DNA of 64,000 bases, taken from Lama glama (lineage: Eukaryota). The notes under the pieces are model-generated. The model worked only from the letters and a program-made list of their open reading frames with translations, was not told the origin of the DNA and did no database searches. Below, piece by piece: positions 1 through 13,550 of this stretch (within the stretch, counting starts at the first letter, position 1; each line of letters starts with the position of its first letter). Made by a program: the position numbers and the translations under genes. Where the stretch lies: positions 38,566,001 through 38,630,000 of the forward strand of contig CM052816.1 in assembly GCA_028534125.1 (NCBI GenBank), in the 5' to 3' direction.

Positions 1-224
1 AAACTGCAAATATTACCCAAATATTAATTGTTAGTTTAAACAAGTAACTAACACAGGAGAATAATTACTAGACTAAGAGCCAAAACGTGAAATGTGACTC
101 CTTTCAACTCCTTATTGTGAGTCTGGGAAGACGAATTCCCTGAATATCCCATTCTTCACTGCAAAATGGTGGTGATACCTTTTTATGAGAATTCTACCAC
201 TCATCTAGACAACTGTAAATCTCA

Positions 225-760
225 TGTGTGAATATGGACAAAAAGCTGCATAGAGTGGAATCAGACCAAGACAGCCTTAACTTCCCCTCAGCTTGACTAA
301 GTAGGGTGAGTAGCGAGGGATCTCCCTGACCATACATGCCTGGTCTCCTTCTCAGTGTTTACTTTAGAAAACTTGAAATAGTAAGTACTTTCTCCACCCC
401 TTTGCAAAATAAATCTTCTCTGAGCCTCCTGCCACCAAGAATGTCTCCCTCTAGGACCTGGGACCTATCTTTTTGAGATGTAATAGTCAAGAAATATTGT
501 ACCCAATCTCTGAGTCTTTCTGAGAAGGTAGAAGCTGAACTTTGATAAGCAACAATTAGCAAACACAATTGGTCTAATCACACTGACCAGTGTTCTCCAG
601 GACTTTTCTACCAAATTATCCCAATGCTAAAACTCTTCCACCTTTTGTTCTAGCACAACTGAATTCAGTCTCTCCCCTACAACAATAAGCACAATTACAA
701 TAATCTTGAATAAAATTTTCCTTGCCAGTTTAACTTGTCTGGTGCAATTTTTCTTTGGCA
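225..760 (+). mobile_element. ERV1-class solo LTR, MER34/MER39/MER31-like
   Basis: TG...CA ends and AATAAA at 709-714. Motifs 'ttcccctcagcttgactaa', 'tttactttagaaaacttg', 'ggacctgggacctatctttttgagatgtaat' and 'aattagcaaacaca' resemble the MER34 group. Confidence 0.7.
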
Positions 761-889
761 AATTATAGGAGGGAAGACAATGACACCTTTGAACTGGGCT
801 GAGCTCGCTGCAACTCCATCAAGATAATTTGGATCAGACTAACAACCCTGACTATCCCCCTCAAATTTTTCTATCCTCTTTTTCTTAGG

Positions 890-1850
890 GACTATATTTT
901 AGAGAAGTTTTCCATTCCTAGCAAAAATGAAAGAAAGGGAGATTTCCCATATACTCCTTGCCCCTACATATGAATAGACTGACCCATTATCAACATCTCC
1001 CAACAGAGTGGTACATTTGTTATAATCGATGAACCTATAATAAGACATCATAATCACCCAAAGCTCCATTTCTTTTAGGGTTTACACTTGGTATTGTACA
1101 TTTTATGAGTTTGGACAAATGTATAATGACATATATCCATTATTATAGTGGCATACAGAGTATTTTCAGTGCCCTAAAAATTCTCTATGCTCTGCCTATT
1201 TATCCCTCCTTCCACCATGGCCACACACCCTCAACCCTCAACCCTCAACACACACACACACAAACCCCTAGCAACTTGGGTTCTACTGTCTCTATAGTTT
1301 TGCCTTTTCCAGAATGTCATATAGTTGGAATCATGTAGTATGTAGCCTTTTCAGATTGGCTTCTTTTACTTAATAATATTCCCTTTATACTTCTCCATGT
1401 CTTTTCAGGACCTGGTAGCTCCATTCATTTTAGTGCTGAATAATTTCCCATTGTCTGAATGTACCACAGTTTATATAGCCATTCACCTACTGAGGGACTC
1501 AGAGTTGCTTGCATGTTTTGACAATTATGAATAAAGCTGCTATAACCATTTGTGTGCACGTTTTAGTGTGGATATAACTTCTCAACTGTTTCGGGAAAAT
1601 ATCAAGGAGTGCAACTGCTGGATCACATGGTAAGTGTATGATTAGTTTTGTAAGAAACTGACAGTCTTCCAAAGTGGCTTCACTTTGCAGTGAATGAGAG
1701 CCCCTGTTGCCCTACATGCTCTCCAGCGTTTGGTGTTATCAGCGTTCTGAATTTTGGGCTTCCAAATATGTGTATAGTGGTATCACACTGTAGTTTTCAT
1801 TTACATTTTCGGGTGACATATGATGTGAAGCATCTTTTCACATGCTTATG
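890..1850 (-). mobile_element. Old L1 3' end (L1MC1/L1MC2-like)
   Basis: Antisense L1 3' motifs: 'cagagtggtacatttgttataatcgatgaacc', 'ccagaatgtcatatagttggaatcat', 'gctggatcacatggtaag'. Confidence 0.85.
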
Positions 1851-3274
1851 GTGCCATCCTTCCTCTTCTTTTTACTTTCTCTTATCTTTTCTTTTCTATG
1901 TCAAATACATTGGAAAAGACTATTACCTTTAAGTTTCTGCCTATAATTGATGTTCACATGTAAACAATTTGATGATAGTGACTGCTTATCTAATTTGACA
2001 GTACAAACTTTGCAACACTTGGCATTGTTGTGATTCAACGTAAGTCACTTCAAGCCTTCAGTTTCTGCTTCGGTGAAACGAGTAGGAGCAGGCAATCCCT
2101 TTCAAACCCTGTTATTTGCTGAATCTAAATGCTTTTCAGAGGCCTTCTTTATTATCTTAACACTGCATCTATAATCCTTTTGGACATTTAAGGGAGGATA
2201 CAAGGATGATAAACCCTCTACCCAGAATGCAATGTAACTATGCCACATAATTTTTTAAAGTTTGAAATGTATGGATTTTTATGTTTCCTTCCATCATCAC
2301 TACTGTACTGACACTGTATTTACCAGCAATTTACTTCAACCTCCATGGGATAAATTCAGCTCTGAATGACACATGTTGAAACCAATTTTAGATACCCCAA
2401 GCCAAAATTAAATCAATATTTATTTAGCAGGAAATTGTGACACTGTTTTAAATTTCTAAAGATTGTTTTAGTTTTGTTGCTCTTTTTAGAAGTTAACAGT
2501 CCTACGAAAATACTGTATTATTGAGAAGATTTTTCCTGGGTACATTTACATTTGTATATCTCACACCTTTGCCTGTGGATCTCCCTAGTTCCTGAACTTC
2601 CATGTTGAGAGTATCCCTAAACTCAGAACCATTAAAGCATCTGCTTTCAATAGATACATTCGGAATTTCCAGACATAGACATACTCATGAGAGTCAAATC
2701 AAACTTGAGTATCACAGTAAATCAGATTTCTGTTTGACTCAGTGACTGATTTTCATTTGATCAACTGCCTGATTTCTTTATCATCCTCTTGCAGGTGGGT
2801 CACTGTTAAATGCTGTGGTTGCTTTATGTCAAAACAAAGTGAAAATTTGAAATGATCAATCTGTAGACATAAATTCAAATTTAGTAAGAATCTCCTTGAG
2901 AACCTATGATAGAGTCTTCTTTGCTTTTCAAAGAACTAATCAGTGCCTTCCATGTTTCATTTGGTTTTCCATTTTGCTACCATCTGACAGTGACTCATTG
3001 ATACCATAAATAGGCAACAGATGAGTAGAGGAGAAAAAGCTATTTTTCAGAAATAAGAATTATAGGTTAAGCTTTCAGCAAATCAATGTAATATAAGAAT
3101 CTTAAAGAAATATACTAAAAAGAGTTCCAAAAGAAGCAAACACTTGATGTGAACCATAGTATAACATTTAAACAATCTCAAAATGATTCTTGATTTCTTT
3201 TTCCTGAATAATTCTAATTATAAGAATATTTTCCAACATATCCTAATAATTACTTCTGTTTATTCATTAGGAGT

Positions 3275-3511
3275 CAGAAAGAGGAAAAGAAGTCTAGCAT
3301 TTATTAAACACATATATTGTCTCATTTATTTCACACAACAAGCTGTACAAGGGAAGAATTGTTATTTCCATTTTATAGATAAGAACACTGAAGCTCAGCA
3401 CGCCTAAGTAGAATTTATTCAAAGACATATAACAGAAAAGTTAGGGCCAGATTTCAAATTGGTTCTGTTTAAATCAAAACCTGTACCTTTTCCCTTATAC
3501 TACACTGCCTC
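3275..3511 (-). mobile_element. MIR SINE
   Basis: Core 'ccattttatagataagaacactgaagctcag' and terminal 'tactacactgcctc'. Confidence 0.7.
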
Positions 3512-4844
3512 TGGCATTAAACGAACATTCAGGAGGCTAGGAACAATGTTAAAAAGAAAACAGCCAATCTTGATGATATATGTGCTCTGTCCTCAGTCCC
3601 TGCAAAATGGGAGGAACAGAGTGAAGCACAGGGTTGATTTAGAGCCCTTGCTCTTAGTGTTTCATTAGACAGGGGACCCATGAAGCAGAATGTTACATGG
3701 TTTCTCAGAAAAGGATTTGAGGACTTGATAATGGAAGTAATTTTGCTTTAAAATGTTCTGCAGAAGATTAAAAGAGATAATAGTGAGAAATCAAACATCT
3801 CCATGCAAACATAATGAGCAGCACATATTCCCTGCATAAATTTTTCTTAGAGGCTTGTAAAGCTATAACTAGAATTCAGGACCAGAGATAATCATTTAAT
3901 TACAGATGCCATACAAATTTCTTTGTAGCCACACTGATGAAACGCAGTTGTAACGTTGCCCATACCCCTAGAAAAGGGACCCACTGTCTTACCTGGTTGC
4001 TTTTCTTAAAGCAGTGTTCTAAGTTTATTGCTCGCAAATTCAATGACCTCAAAGAGAAACTCCCAATGCTGCCTGAAACTAGTGAAAATTCAAATGAGAT
4101 GCTGTTACCACAGAACTTTTTCTGTATTTCAAGATTGACTGCCTACAGCTCTATCACATGGACTCTGGTCCAGCAAATGGAGGTTAATAGCTATCTTCTA
4201 AACCCAACCCATTCTTGAATTTCTTCATGCTGTTCTCCCTGCCTTAAATGTTCATTTCTAATTTCAATACTACCACCAGTATCACCTAAGGAATTCTAAG
4301 ATTATCTTCTATTACTTGCAAGTCATGGAAAATCCAACCAACAGTGAGCAAAACAATAAAGATTTTAAATATTCCTAAATTCTGTACGTGCAGAGGAACT
4401 TAAGTTTCATGTTTGGTTAGTTTTCTGTCACAAAGATTTTCAAGGAGCTAGTGTTTTCCTTCTGCAGTTGTATCATCACCAATCCCTTTGGTATTCATTA
4501 CATAGTGTAACAGTCAAGACCACAGCTAGTGGAATTACACTAACGCATTTAAAATCTACTTCTGTTTTGTGATCTTCAAAATGTACTTATATTTTCCAAG
4601 CTTTGGTTTTCTTCATCTATAATAGAGATAAAAGTGGTATCTATAATTTAATGACAATATAGATAAAGTGAAGATTTAATATTCTGACATGAAAAACTGC
4701 AAAAATCTTAAAATAGTACCTGGGAAATAGCATTATATAAATATTTTCTATTATTTTTGTGCTCATTGGGAAGAGTAGTTTCTTTCTCTCTCCCTCTCTC
4801 TCCCTCGCTCTCTCTCTTGCTCTCCCTCCCTCCCCCTCCTTCGT

Positions 4845-5050
4845 CTCTGATAATCAGGAAGAAAAGGTCTGCTAGAAGCCCTCCAGGAGTGCACTGGCTA
4901 GGATTGTACCACATGTCTACGCCTGCTGCAAGGAAAGCTGGGAAAGTGAGCTCCTGGTCTGGGGCTCAGGGCTCTGCCAGCAAGGAAGTGGGGAAGGGCT
5001 AGAGTGGGGAAAGGAGTGACTGTTGTATATTCAACCAAAGGTGTCTGCTC
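4845..5050 (-). mobile_element. Ancient MaLR LTR fragment (MLT1K/L/N-like)
   Basis: 'cactggctaggattgtaccacatgtctac...ctgcaaggaaagctgggaaagtgag' resembles the reverse strand of old MLT1. Confidence 0.5.
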
Positions 5051-5817
5051 TCACTCTCTGTACCCATCAAAAAATCACTAGTTCTCCAAGGGTCTCTCTC
5101 AAACACTCCCCCTTCCCACGAAGCCCGTCCTGACATCCAAACAAGGAATTATTTTTCTCCTTTTTCAGAATAGTCAAAATAGCCGTGGAAAGTGTCAAAA
5201 TTGATCATGTGTTATACATTAAAAGTGTTTAAGATCAGAGAATTTAAGTCTGAATAAGGCTACAAACATACCCTTGTCCAAGCAGCCTTGTGATGATCAA
5301 ACTATTGCCACAACAAAAAAATCAATTAAAATAACAAAAAATAGTTACCATCTGAGTGTTTATCCTGTGTCAGGTATGATAATAGGTTATTCATCTAGGT
5401 ATTTTATTTACTCTGCAAAACAGTCCTACAATACTGAAGTTATAAATTGCCTTAGAACATATTCCTTACAAACCTTCTCTCCCTCAACTCCTTTAAAAAA
5501 ATGTAGCTATTCCACTATTCAATTTAATTCTCACAGTAAAAACAAATCTTTAAGCACAGACACGTAATTAAAAAGACTTAATATGGAGAAAATCCTTTAG
5601 GCAAGCAGAAACTTTAATAATTACCTAACTTTCCATTTTTCACTGGGGATTGATAGCCATTTAAAAAAAATAGTTGAATGCACAGATATTTGCTTACAGA
5701 CTTTCTTTTTATTCTTTTATTTAGTCCAGTTCAGTTATTGCCAAAGTTTAGCATGTAAGAGCTATTGCACAGTTATATATATACAAAACTGTGGACTAAG
5801 TATTTCATAACAGAAGG

Positions 5818-6064
5818 ATATGTAGCTTGTAATAAATTTAGAGGGGAATTGTAACCCCTATTAGTCTGACCTAAGAGTCAAAGTGGTCAACGGCTACACT
5901 GCCTGCTTATTTACCTCCCACTTACAGTGTTATTTCTTTGTGTTGCCCTGAGTACGTACTTAGCCCAGTGTCTTATGAACAGGAGTGGACTAAGCGTTAA
6001 AACATGATAAACCTAACTTGTGAGTGAGACTTACCCTCTTTGGCATTCTGCCTTGTGTTTAACA
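5818..6064. repeat. Left arm of ~247-bp inverted repeat
   Basis: Reverse complement of 6755-7000; about 18 differences by manual alignment. Confidence 0.95.
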
Positions 6065-6359
6065 CTTAGTCCACAAACCTGAGTATGGAAAATGAAACAC
6101 ATGTCCTTATTTTCTTTGAATCAACTTAAAGCCAATTCTAAGCCTTATCTTTCCAGGCAATTGAGAAATCTAATAATCTTCACTATTATCTCCAAGGTTC
6201 TATCCATACCCTCAACAAGGGTTATGACAAGACTTGTGCAGCCCCAAAGTCAAGGTGTGCTCCTCTGATCATTATCATCTGTCTCCAGCTGTTACTGGAG
6301 ATTCTTCATGCTTGGCCTACATGGTCTCTTCAGGGCTGGTAGAATCCAACTTCCCTATG

Positions 6360-6752
6360 TGTGATGCTAAATTTTATGTGTCAACTTGACTAGGCCAAGG
6401 TACACAGATATTTGGTCAAACTCATCTGGATGTTGCTGTGAAGGTATTTTTTTTAAGGAGACTAACATTTAAATCAATAAACTTTGAGTAAAAGAGATTA
6501 TCTTTTATAATGTGGGGGGGGCCTCGTTCAGTCAGTTGAAAGTCATACAACAAGGACTGACCTCTTTTAAGTAAGAGGGAATTCAGCCTGCAGTTTACCT
6601 TTGGATTCAAGTTACAACATCAACTTTTTCCTGAGTTTCCAGCTTGCCGGCCTGCTTAACCTGCAGATTTGAATTTGCCAGCCTCCACAACCGTGTCGAT
6701 CAATTTCTTAAAATAAATCAATCTCTCTTCCTATTTCTCTCTCTCTCTCTCT
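6360..6752 (+). mobile_element. MLT2 (ERVL) LTR, 3'-truncated
   Basis: Canonical start 'tgtgatgctaaattttatgtgtcaacttgactaggcc' and 'ctgcagatttgaatttgccagcctccacaa'. AATAAA is followed by (CT)n, and the usual terminal '...ctaataca' is absent. Confidence 0.9.
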
Positions 6753-6754
6753 CA

Positions 6755-7000
6755 TGTTAAACACGAGGCAGAATGCCAAAGAGGGTAAGTCTCATTCACA
6801 AGTTAGGTTTATCATGTTTTAACACTTAGTCCACTCCTGTTCATAAGACACTGGGCTAAGTAAGTACTCAGGGCAACACAAAGAAATAACACAGTAAGTG
6901 GGAGGTAAATAAGCAGGCAGTGAGGCTACTGGCCACTTTGACTCTAAGGTCAGACTAACAGGGGTTACAATTTCCCGCTAAACTTATTACAATTACATAT
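6755..7000. repeat. Right arm of ~247-bp inverted repeat
   Basis: Reverse complement of 5818-6064. Confidence 0.95.
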
Positions 7001-7359
7001 ACTGACTACTATACCACACTAGGTATATCACACACTACGCGGAAGAAATCTTTGATATTTGACAATACATGAACCTTCTTCCTCTTTTGATTTCCCAGGA
7101 TACTCAGCCCTCAACTGGTCAAATGAACACAAGCTAAGACTCCAGTACTTATGTTCTTGTTCCCATAGAGAGCTTTTGAAATAATTAACCACTTTCAATG
7201 CTTAGTTTCATTCCTCCATCCTTCCCTTCCTTTATTCACTTAACATGAACTTTAAATTATATTTGAAGAAATAAAGGTAGACTTCACCATTTCTTGCTCA
7301 AATTATTACAAGAGTGACTTCACTAATTTCTTTGTTTTAAATTTTCCGTTCTTCATAAA

Positions 7360-7963
7360 TCACTCAACGTGGTATTTTAAAATCATAAATCAGTTCACTC
7401 TATTCCTCTGCTTAAAATCTTCTAAAGGTTTTTCCACATTTATGGTAAAATCTAAACTCATTGTCATCATAGCCTATAAGACCCCATCTGATCTGGCCTC
7501 TGCAATCTCTTCAAATTCTTCTCATATACCAGCCATACTGGCCACATTTCTGTTGTTCAAGCAAGTGGAGCTTTATAAGCAAATGTCATCTTAGACCTTT
7601 GGTAATCGCTATAAAATAGGCTTGGGATGATCTTCCTCCAAATTATCTCTTGCTGGCTCTCCATTTCAATAGTCACAGCGAAACAGTCCCATCCACGGAC
7701 AAAACACCTCTGCCTGCCTAGTCTAACTCCAACCACCCATACTATTCCTTGCTGTCTTGTGACACTGGTTTACTTTCTTCACAACACCTTCTATTATCTC
7801 AAACTATATTGTTTATTTGTTTGCTTATCTTTTGCCTGTTTCTTCCCCTAGAATTTAAGTTATATGAGACTTAAAACTATCTGTGTTGTTGATCCTGAGT
7901 TTCTAGGGCCTGGCATAATAATCATTTCATAATCATTTAATAATCATTATCTGTTGAATGGAA
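7360..7963 (+). mobile_element. L2 3' end
   Basis: 'attcctctgcttaaaatcttc', 'ctagggcctggcataata...tgttgaatgga' L2 tail. Confidence 0.75.
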
Positions 7964-8024
7964 AAATCCAAAACAAGGTACTGTCCAGTATTTATGGACA
8001 CAGATATGTGAATTTCCTATAATT

Positions 8025-11000
8025 TTTCTAACTTTCTATTTTGAGATAATTGTAGATTCACTGAAGTTGTATGCAGTAGGAGAGATCATATATACCCTCT
8101 ACTCAGTTTCCCCAGTGGTAACATCTTGTGAAACTCCAGCAAAATATAACATCCAGGATATGGATACTGATATACTCAAGACACAGAACCTTTCTATCAC
8201 TACAAAGAACCCTCCTGTTGTCCTTTTATAGCCACACCAACTTTTCACACACATACCCATTCTTAACTCCTAACAAACACTAATCTCTTCTCCATTTCTA
8301 CAATTTCGTCATTTCAAGAACGTTATACAAATGGCATCATTTAACTTTTGGTATTGGCTCTTTTTATTTAGCGTAATTTTCTGGATATCCATCCAAATTG
8401 TTGAATGTATCACATCTGCTCAGTGGTATTCCATGTTATGGATATTACTCTATAGTTTCTTTTTTTTTCTTTTTAATTGCCTTTGATTTTTGTATCCAGG
8501 AACTACTAGTTTCATAAACTGAATTTGGAAATTGTTCCTCCTTTCTGTTTTCTGAAAGGGATCGCATAAAGAGGCATTCATTTTTTAAACGTTTGGGAGA
8601 ATTCTCCAGTGAAAGCATCTGGGCTTGGGTATTTTATTTCAGAGACTTTTTAAGCTAAAATTTTAATTTCATTATTTATAGGGCTATTCAGATGTTCTCT
8701 TTCATACTGGGTGAGTTGAGGAACTTTGTGCTTTTCAAGGAATTTAAATCATCTAGGTTGTCAAATTCCTGTGCATGCAAGTAGAATCGCTTCGTTATCT
8801 TTTTGATATCTCAAGTGTCTGTCGTGACAGTCTCTATTTCATTCCTGATATTGGTAATGTTTTGTCTTCCCTCTTTTTCTTCTGTCAGTCTTGCTAGAGG
8901 TCTGTCAATTGTATGGCTCTTTCCAAAGAACTAGCTTTTTGTTTCATTGATATTCTCTATTGCTTTCCTGTTTTCAATTTTCTTGACTTCTGCTCTTCTC
9001 TTTATTATTTCCTTTCTTCTTCATGCATTGGGTTTAATTTGGTCTTCTTATTCTAGGTGCTTGATAAGAGAACTTAGATTACTGATTTGAGATTTTTCTG
9101 CTTATCAAATTTAAGCATTTAGTGTTATAAATGTCCTTCTCAAAGCTGCCTTAAGTGTGTCCCACAAATTGGTTGGTTATATTTTAATATTTATTTAATT
9201 CAATGTTTTCTTTCTAATTTCCCTTGAGACTTTATCTTTGACCTATAAATTATCTAGAAGGATGTTGTTTAGGACTGTGTATGTTTCCAAGTATTTTAAA
9301 ATTTTCCTGTTATCCTTCTGTTACTGATATCTAGTTTAATTCTATTGTGGTAAGAGAACAAATTCTGTATAATTTCAATCCTTCTAAATTTTTCAAGGTT
9401 TGTTTTAAACCTAGAGAGTGTTCTATCCTGGTATAAGTTCTGTGGACACTTGAAAGGAACATTTACTCTGCCTTCGTTTGGTGTAATAGTCTGTAAATGT
9501 TGATTACATCTCACCGGTTGATGGTGTTACATTGAGTTATTTCATCCTTGCCAATTCTGTATTTGCTGTCAATTGCTGATAGGACAGCTGTAATGGGTTA
9601 AAAGGCAGCCTCCAAGAAAAGGTGTCTTCACCAAGAAGCAGTAAATGTGACCTTATGTTTTAAAACGAAGGGATAGTCTTTGAAGATACAATTAAGTTAA
9701 GGATCTTCAGACGAGGTGATGCTGATTTGAGGATGGGCCCTAAATTCAATGATATGGGTCCTTATAAGAGAAAGGCACAGAGAAGGATCTGAGACACAGA
9801 CACAGAACAGAAGGCTACCAAGAAAATGGGAGTAGAGATTGGAGTGGCAGGTCTATCAGCGAAGGAATGTCAAAAATGCCTGGCAACCACCAGAAGCTAG
9901 AAGAGAGACATGGAGCAGACATTCTCCTAGAGCCTCCAGAAGAAATCAGTTCTGCCAACACCTTGATTTCAGACTTCTGGTTCCAGAACTGAAAGAGATT
10001 AATTTCTGTTGTTGTAAGCTACAAAACTTGTGGTATTTTGTTATGGAATCCTGAGGAAACTAATACAAAGTGTTGAAGTCTACAATTATAATTATGGATT
10101 TGTCTGTTTCTTCTTTAAGTTCAATCACTTTTTGCTTCATTTATTTTGTATCTCTGTTGTTTGGTTTATACACATTTAGGATGGAAATACATCTGACATT
10201 AATATACAAATGTTTTGCATGATGTATAAATATGGACTTAGCTTTTTGTTATATTTAAAGTGAGTTTTTATACAAAACATAAAAGCAGGCTCAACATTTT
10301 TTTTAACTTTTTGTTTAATTCACTGTGCAAGTCTCTGTCTTTTAATTGGTATTCTCAGATCATGTGCATTTTATGTAACTATTATTATGTTAGGGCCTAA
10401 GTCTGCCATTCTGTTTTTTGGTTTCTGCTTGTTCATCCTTTTTTCCTGTCTTACTATTAGTCACTTTTGCATGCTTTTAGAGTTCCATTTTGATTTTTCT
10501 ACAGTGTTTTTCAGTATGCTCTTCGTATTGTTATCAAGTAATAGTTCTATGTATTACATTATGCATAAATAACTCACCACAGTCTATGGTATTAACATTT
10601 TACCAGTTTGAGTAAAATACAGGAAGTTGAGCTCACTTTTCATCCCTCAACCTTCCTTCATTATAAGATAATTACCTTAAATATTTCCTATATATACCTG
10701 TAGAACCATATCAGACAATACTACAATTTTTGCTTTAATCATCAAACATAATTTAGAAACCTCAAAAGGAGAAGGAAAATGTATAGTTCTCACCCATATT
10801 TTTGTTTTTATCATGTTGCTTATTCCTTCTTGGTATTCCAAGATTTCCTTCTCTTACCATTTATTTTCTGTTCAGAGTTTTCTTTAGCTATTCTTTCAGA
10901 ACAGGTCTGCTGTAACAAATTATCCTAATTTTCTTTCATCTGAGAATATCTTGACTTTCCCCTCATTTCTCAAGAATATTTTCACCAGACATAGAATTCT

Positions 11001-11412
11001 ACATTGACAGTCCTTTTCTTTTAGGACTTTAATGATGTATGCTATGTCCTTGTGGCCTCTGTGGCTTCTGATGAGAAGTACACTGTCATATGAATTGTTT
11101 GTTCCTATTCTTAAGCAGTCCCTACTGTCACTGCTTTCAAGATTTTTTTCTTTGTCTTTAATTTTCAGAGGCTTGCCTATAATGTGTCAACATGAACTTT
11201 GGAGGGTTTTGAGGTTTGAACAACTTCTTCAATGACTCTTAACATATTTAGGAAGCTTTTAGTCATTATCTCTTTGACTGCTTTTTTAGGCCCACCCTCT
11301 TCCTCCTCTCCTCATGAAGGGACTCCAGTGACATAAATGTTGAATCTCTGGTTGTCCCACATATCCCAGAAGCTCTATTTATTTATTCTTTTCAGTCAAT
11401 TTTACCTCTGTT
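8025..11412 (-). mobile_element. Old, fragmented L1 (L1MC3/L1MD-like), interrupted by an MLT1 LTR
   Basis: 3' end 'ttgagataattgtagattcac'; antisense ORF2 segments. The 9296-9514 minus ORF 'KTNLEKFRRIEIIQNLFSYHNRIKLDI' matches the L1 endonuclease C-terminal motif. Confidence 0.85.
9589..10067 (+). mobile_element. MLT1B/C MaLR solo LTR nested in L1
   Basis: 'tgtaatgggttaaa' start, 'ccaccagaagctagaagagag', 'ctgccaacaccttgatttcagacttctgg' and 'ggaaactaataca' end. Confidence 0.9.
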
Positions 11413-13129
11413 GTGATTCCTTTTGCTGCCTCGGCACAACAGTCTAAAAAAGGGAGGCAGATAAGGTAGACATTGGAAAGGAAAAAATGGCTATTCTCTT
11501 TTCTAATATTTGGGAATTGAGAAAGAAGAGGAAATACTGGTTGGGAGAATGAACGGGCAGGATCTAATTAAACTTATAGAAAAAATCCTAAATGTCACAA
11601 GAGACTTCATAGTTCCCTTCAGATATAATTCCAAATAAAAACAATCATAAAAATCATAAAAGAAGTATAAGAAATGCCAACAATAATTTTGATTTTTTTC
11701 TAACTATGACTACTTTTATGTTTAATTGTGAAATATCCATGACTTCAAATAAATATTTGAATAATTTCCCTTCTTCGTTTTTGCTCTAAGTATCTCTCTC
11801 ATCTGCTTGTGGAATAAACCAACTTGACAAATTAATACATAAATGTAGTAATTTCCCCTTATATACAGACATTAATTGTATTAAAGAGGTAACAGAACAC
11901 ATTCAAACAAATAATAGTCCAAATAGTAAAACATGTTTAAGAGAGTCATAAACAGGAGAGAGTGCTTGAAAGTAGCTAATAATAACTGTTAAGATAAAAT
12001 GAAAAGATTATATATCCAGAAAGCTGAAAAACATCAGGGAAAGTAAATTCCAAGAACTAAAGATGAAGCTGACTTTAGAGGAGAAATTCAGACAGAGTCT
12101 TACAATGGAAAAGTCACACAGCTGCAGAACATTTCCAATGAAAGCTGGGCAGGGTGTGGGGCAGGGGAAGACAATGTTGAACTCATATGGGAAATGAATG
12201 CACTGCCACATCCTATTGTTCAACTGAGCCAGCCTGAAAATTTATGCGAAGTGCAGAGTTAGTATACATAATTTTATTCTAAAGCTTTCTTCCTTGAATT
12301 GCTATTAAATTTTAAATAAACTCAGACATGAGCATTTACTAAAATCATTATGATTCCATTACCCATGGCATGCAGATCTTTATCCATCATGCCAGATACT
12401 CTTTGCACTGAATTCTGTTCAAAGTTTCTCTTCTGATTTTTATTTATTTAGTTTGCAGAGCTTCAGTAAGAAACACCCAGTGTCATCTGAAAGGACACAT
12501 ATTGCACAAAACTAATTTCCTCCCTTACTGGAACTATGTGATGTGTGACTTTCCATTGAGTACAACTGCCAACAAGGCACAGGTGTGCACCACATGAGGA
12601 GGTGAAAATGTGATTATAGGAAGAGAAATGTCATGATGCTGTCCCTATATCCATAATGTAATCAACCCCAAATGAGTTCCTGCTTTGCTTTCTCATAGTA
12701 AACACCAAGCCTGGGAAGCAAGAAAACCAAAAACGTTGCCATACCCAGATTCATAACTACTGTAATTGGATTTAGAACTAAGAAGAAAAGCCTCTTTTTT
12801 CCCACTTCATTGATTCTTTGGTTTACTACAGAAAATTATCCTGGAAATCCTTTTCTTTCTAATTTTTCATGCTACACTAATTGAATTGGCAAAATTCAAC
12901 ATCAAATGGGTTTTCTTTATTCTTAAATTTAAGTAAATCAACCATTCAACACTTTTTCTTTAAAAAGTAGTTCAGAAAAATTACAGCTTCCTTTTGTTTT
13001 TAGTGACAAAAACGTTGTTTCAATTGGAAATGCTTATAAATTTGACTCAGTTAAAATAAATGAACTTACCTAACCTAAATAAGGCAAGACAAATACTATT
13101 ACACCAGTCAAATATTATTCATTCAATAG

Positions 13130-13550
13130 CTACTTAATTCAACTTAGATGGATAAAAATAACTTATATACAGGGTTATTCAATGTAGAATTACTTGCACT
13201 AGCATGTTTGGAAAAAAACATAAATATTCATTAATAGAGGACTAATTAAGTAAAAGGATAACCAAGATCTTTATGTTCTAATATGAACTAATGATCTCCA
13301 ATACATATGACTATAATATTCTACCCTTTGTTTTAAAAAGATAAACAAGAATGTATGCATTTGTCTATAAACACATACAGTATTTCTATAAGAATACAAA
13401 CAAATGGATAACTTTGGTTGCCTGAATGGAGAAAAATCAGATGGCTGAGAAATACTGGTTTAAGGGAAACTTTCTTTGTTCTCATTTTACAGTTTTTGAA
13501 TGTTTGAGCCATGTAAATGACTATTCAAAATATATTAAATTTTAAATTTT
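13130..13550 (+). mobile_element. Ancient L1ME 3' fragment
   Basis: Degenerate L1 3' motifs: 'aaatattcattaatagaggactaattaagtaaa', 'gagccatgtaaatgactattcaaaa'. Confidence 0.5.

Noticed and set aside
3988..4080. Possible minus-strand exon ending CAG|GTAAGA
   Set aside because: Only generic splice-like motifs, with no recognisable peptide or regulatory cluster.
5818..7000. Identification of the inverted repeat plus MLT2 as Ricksha
   Set aside because: The arms do not resemble the Ricksha termini as I recall them, are much longer, and no flanking TSD is evident.
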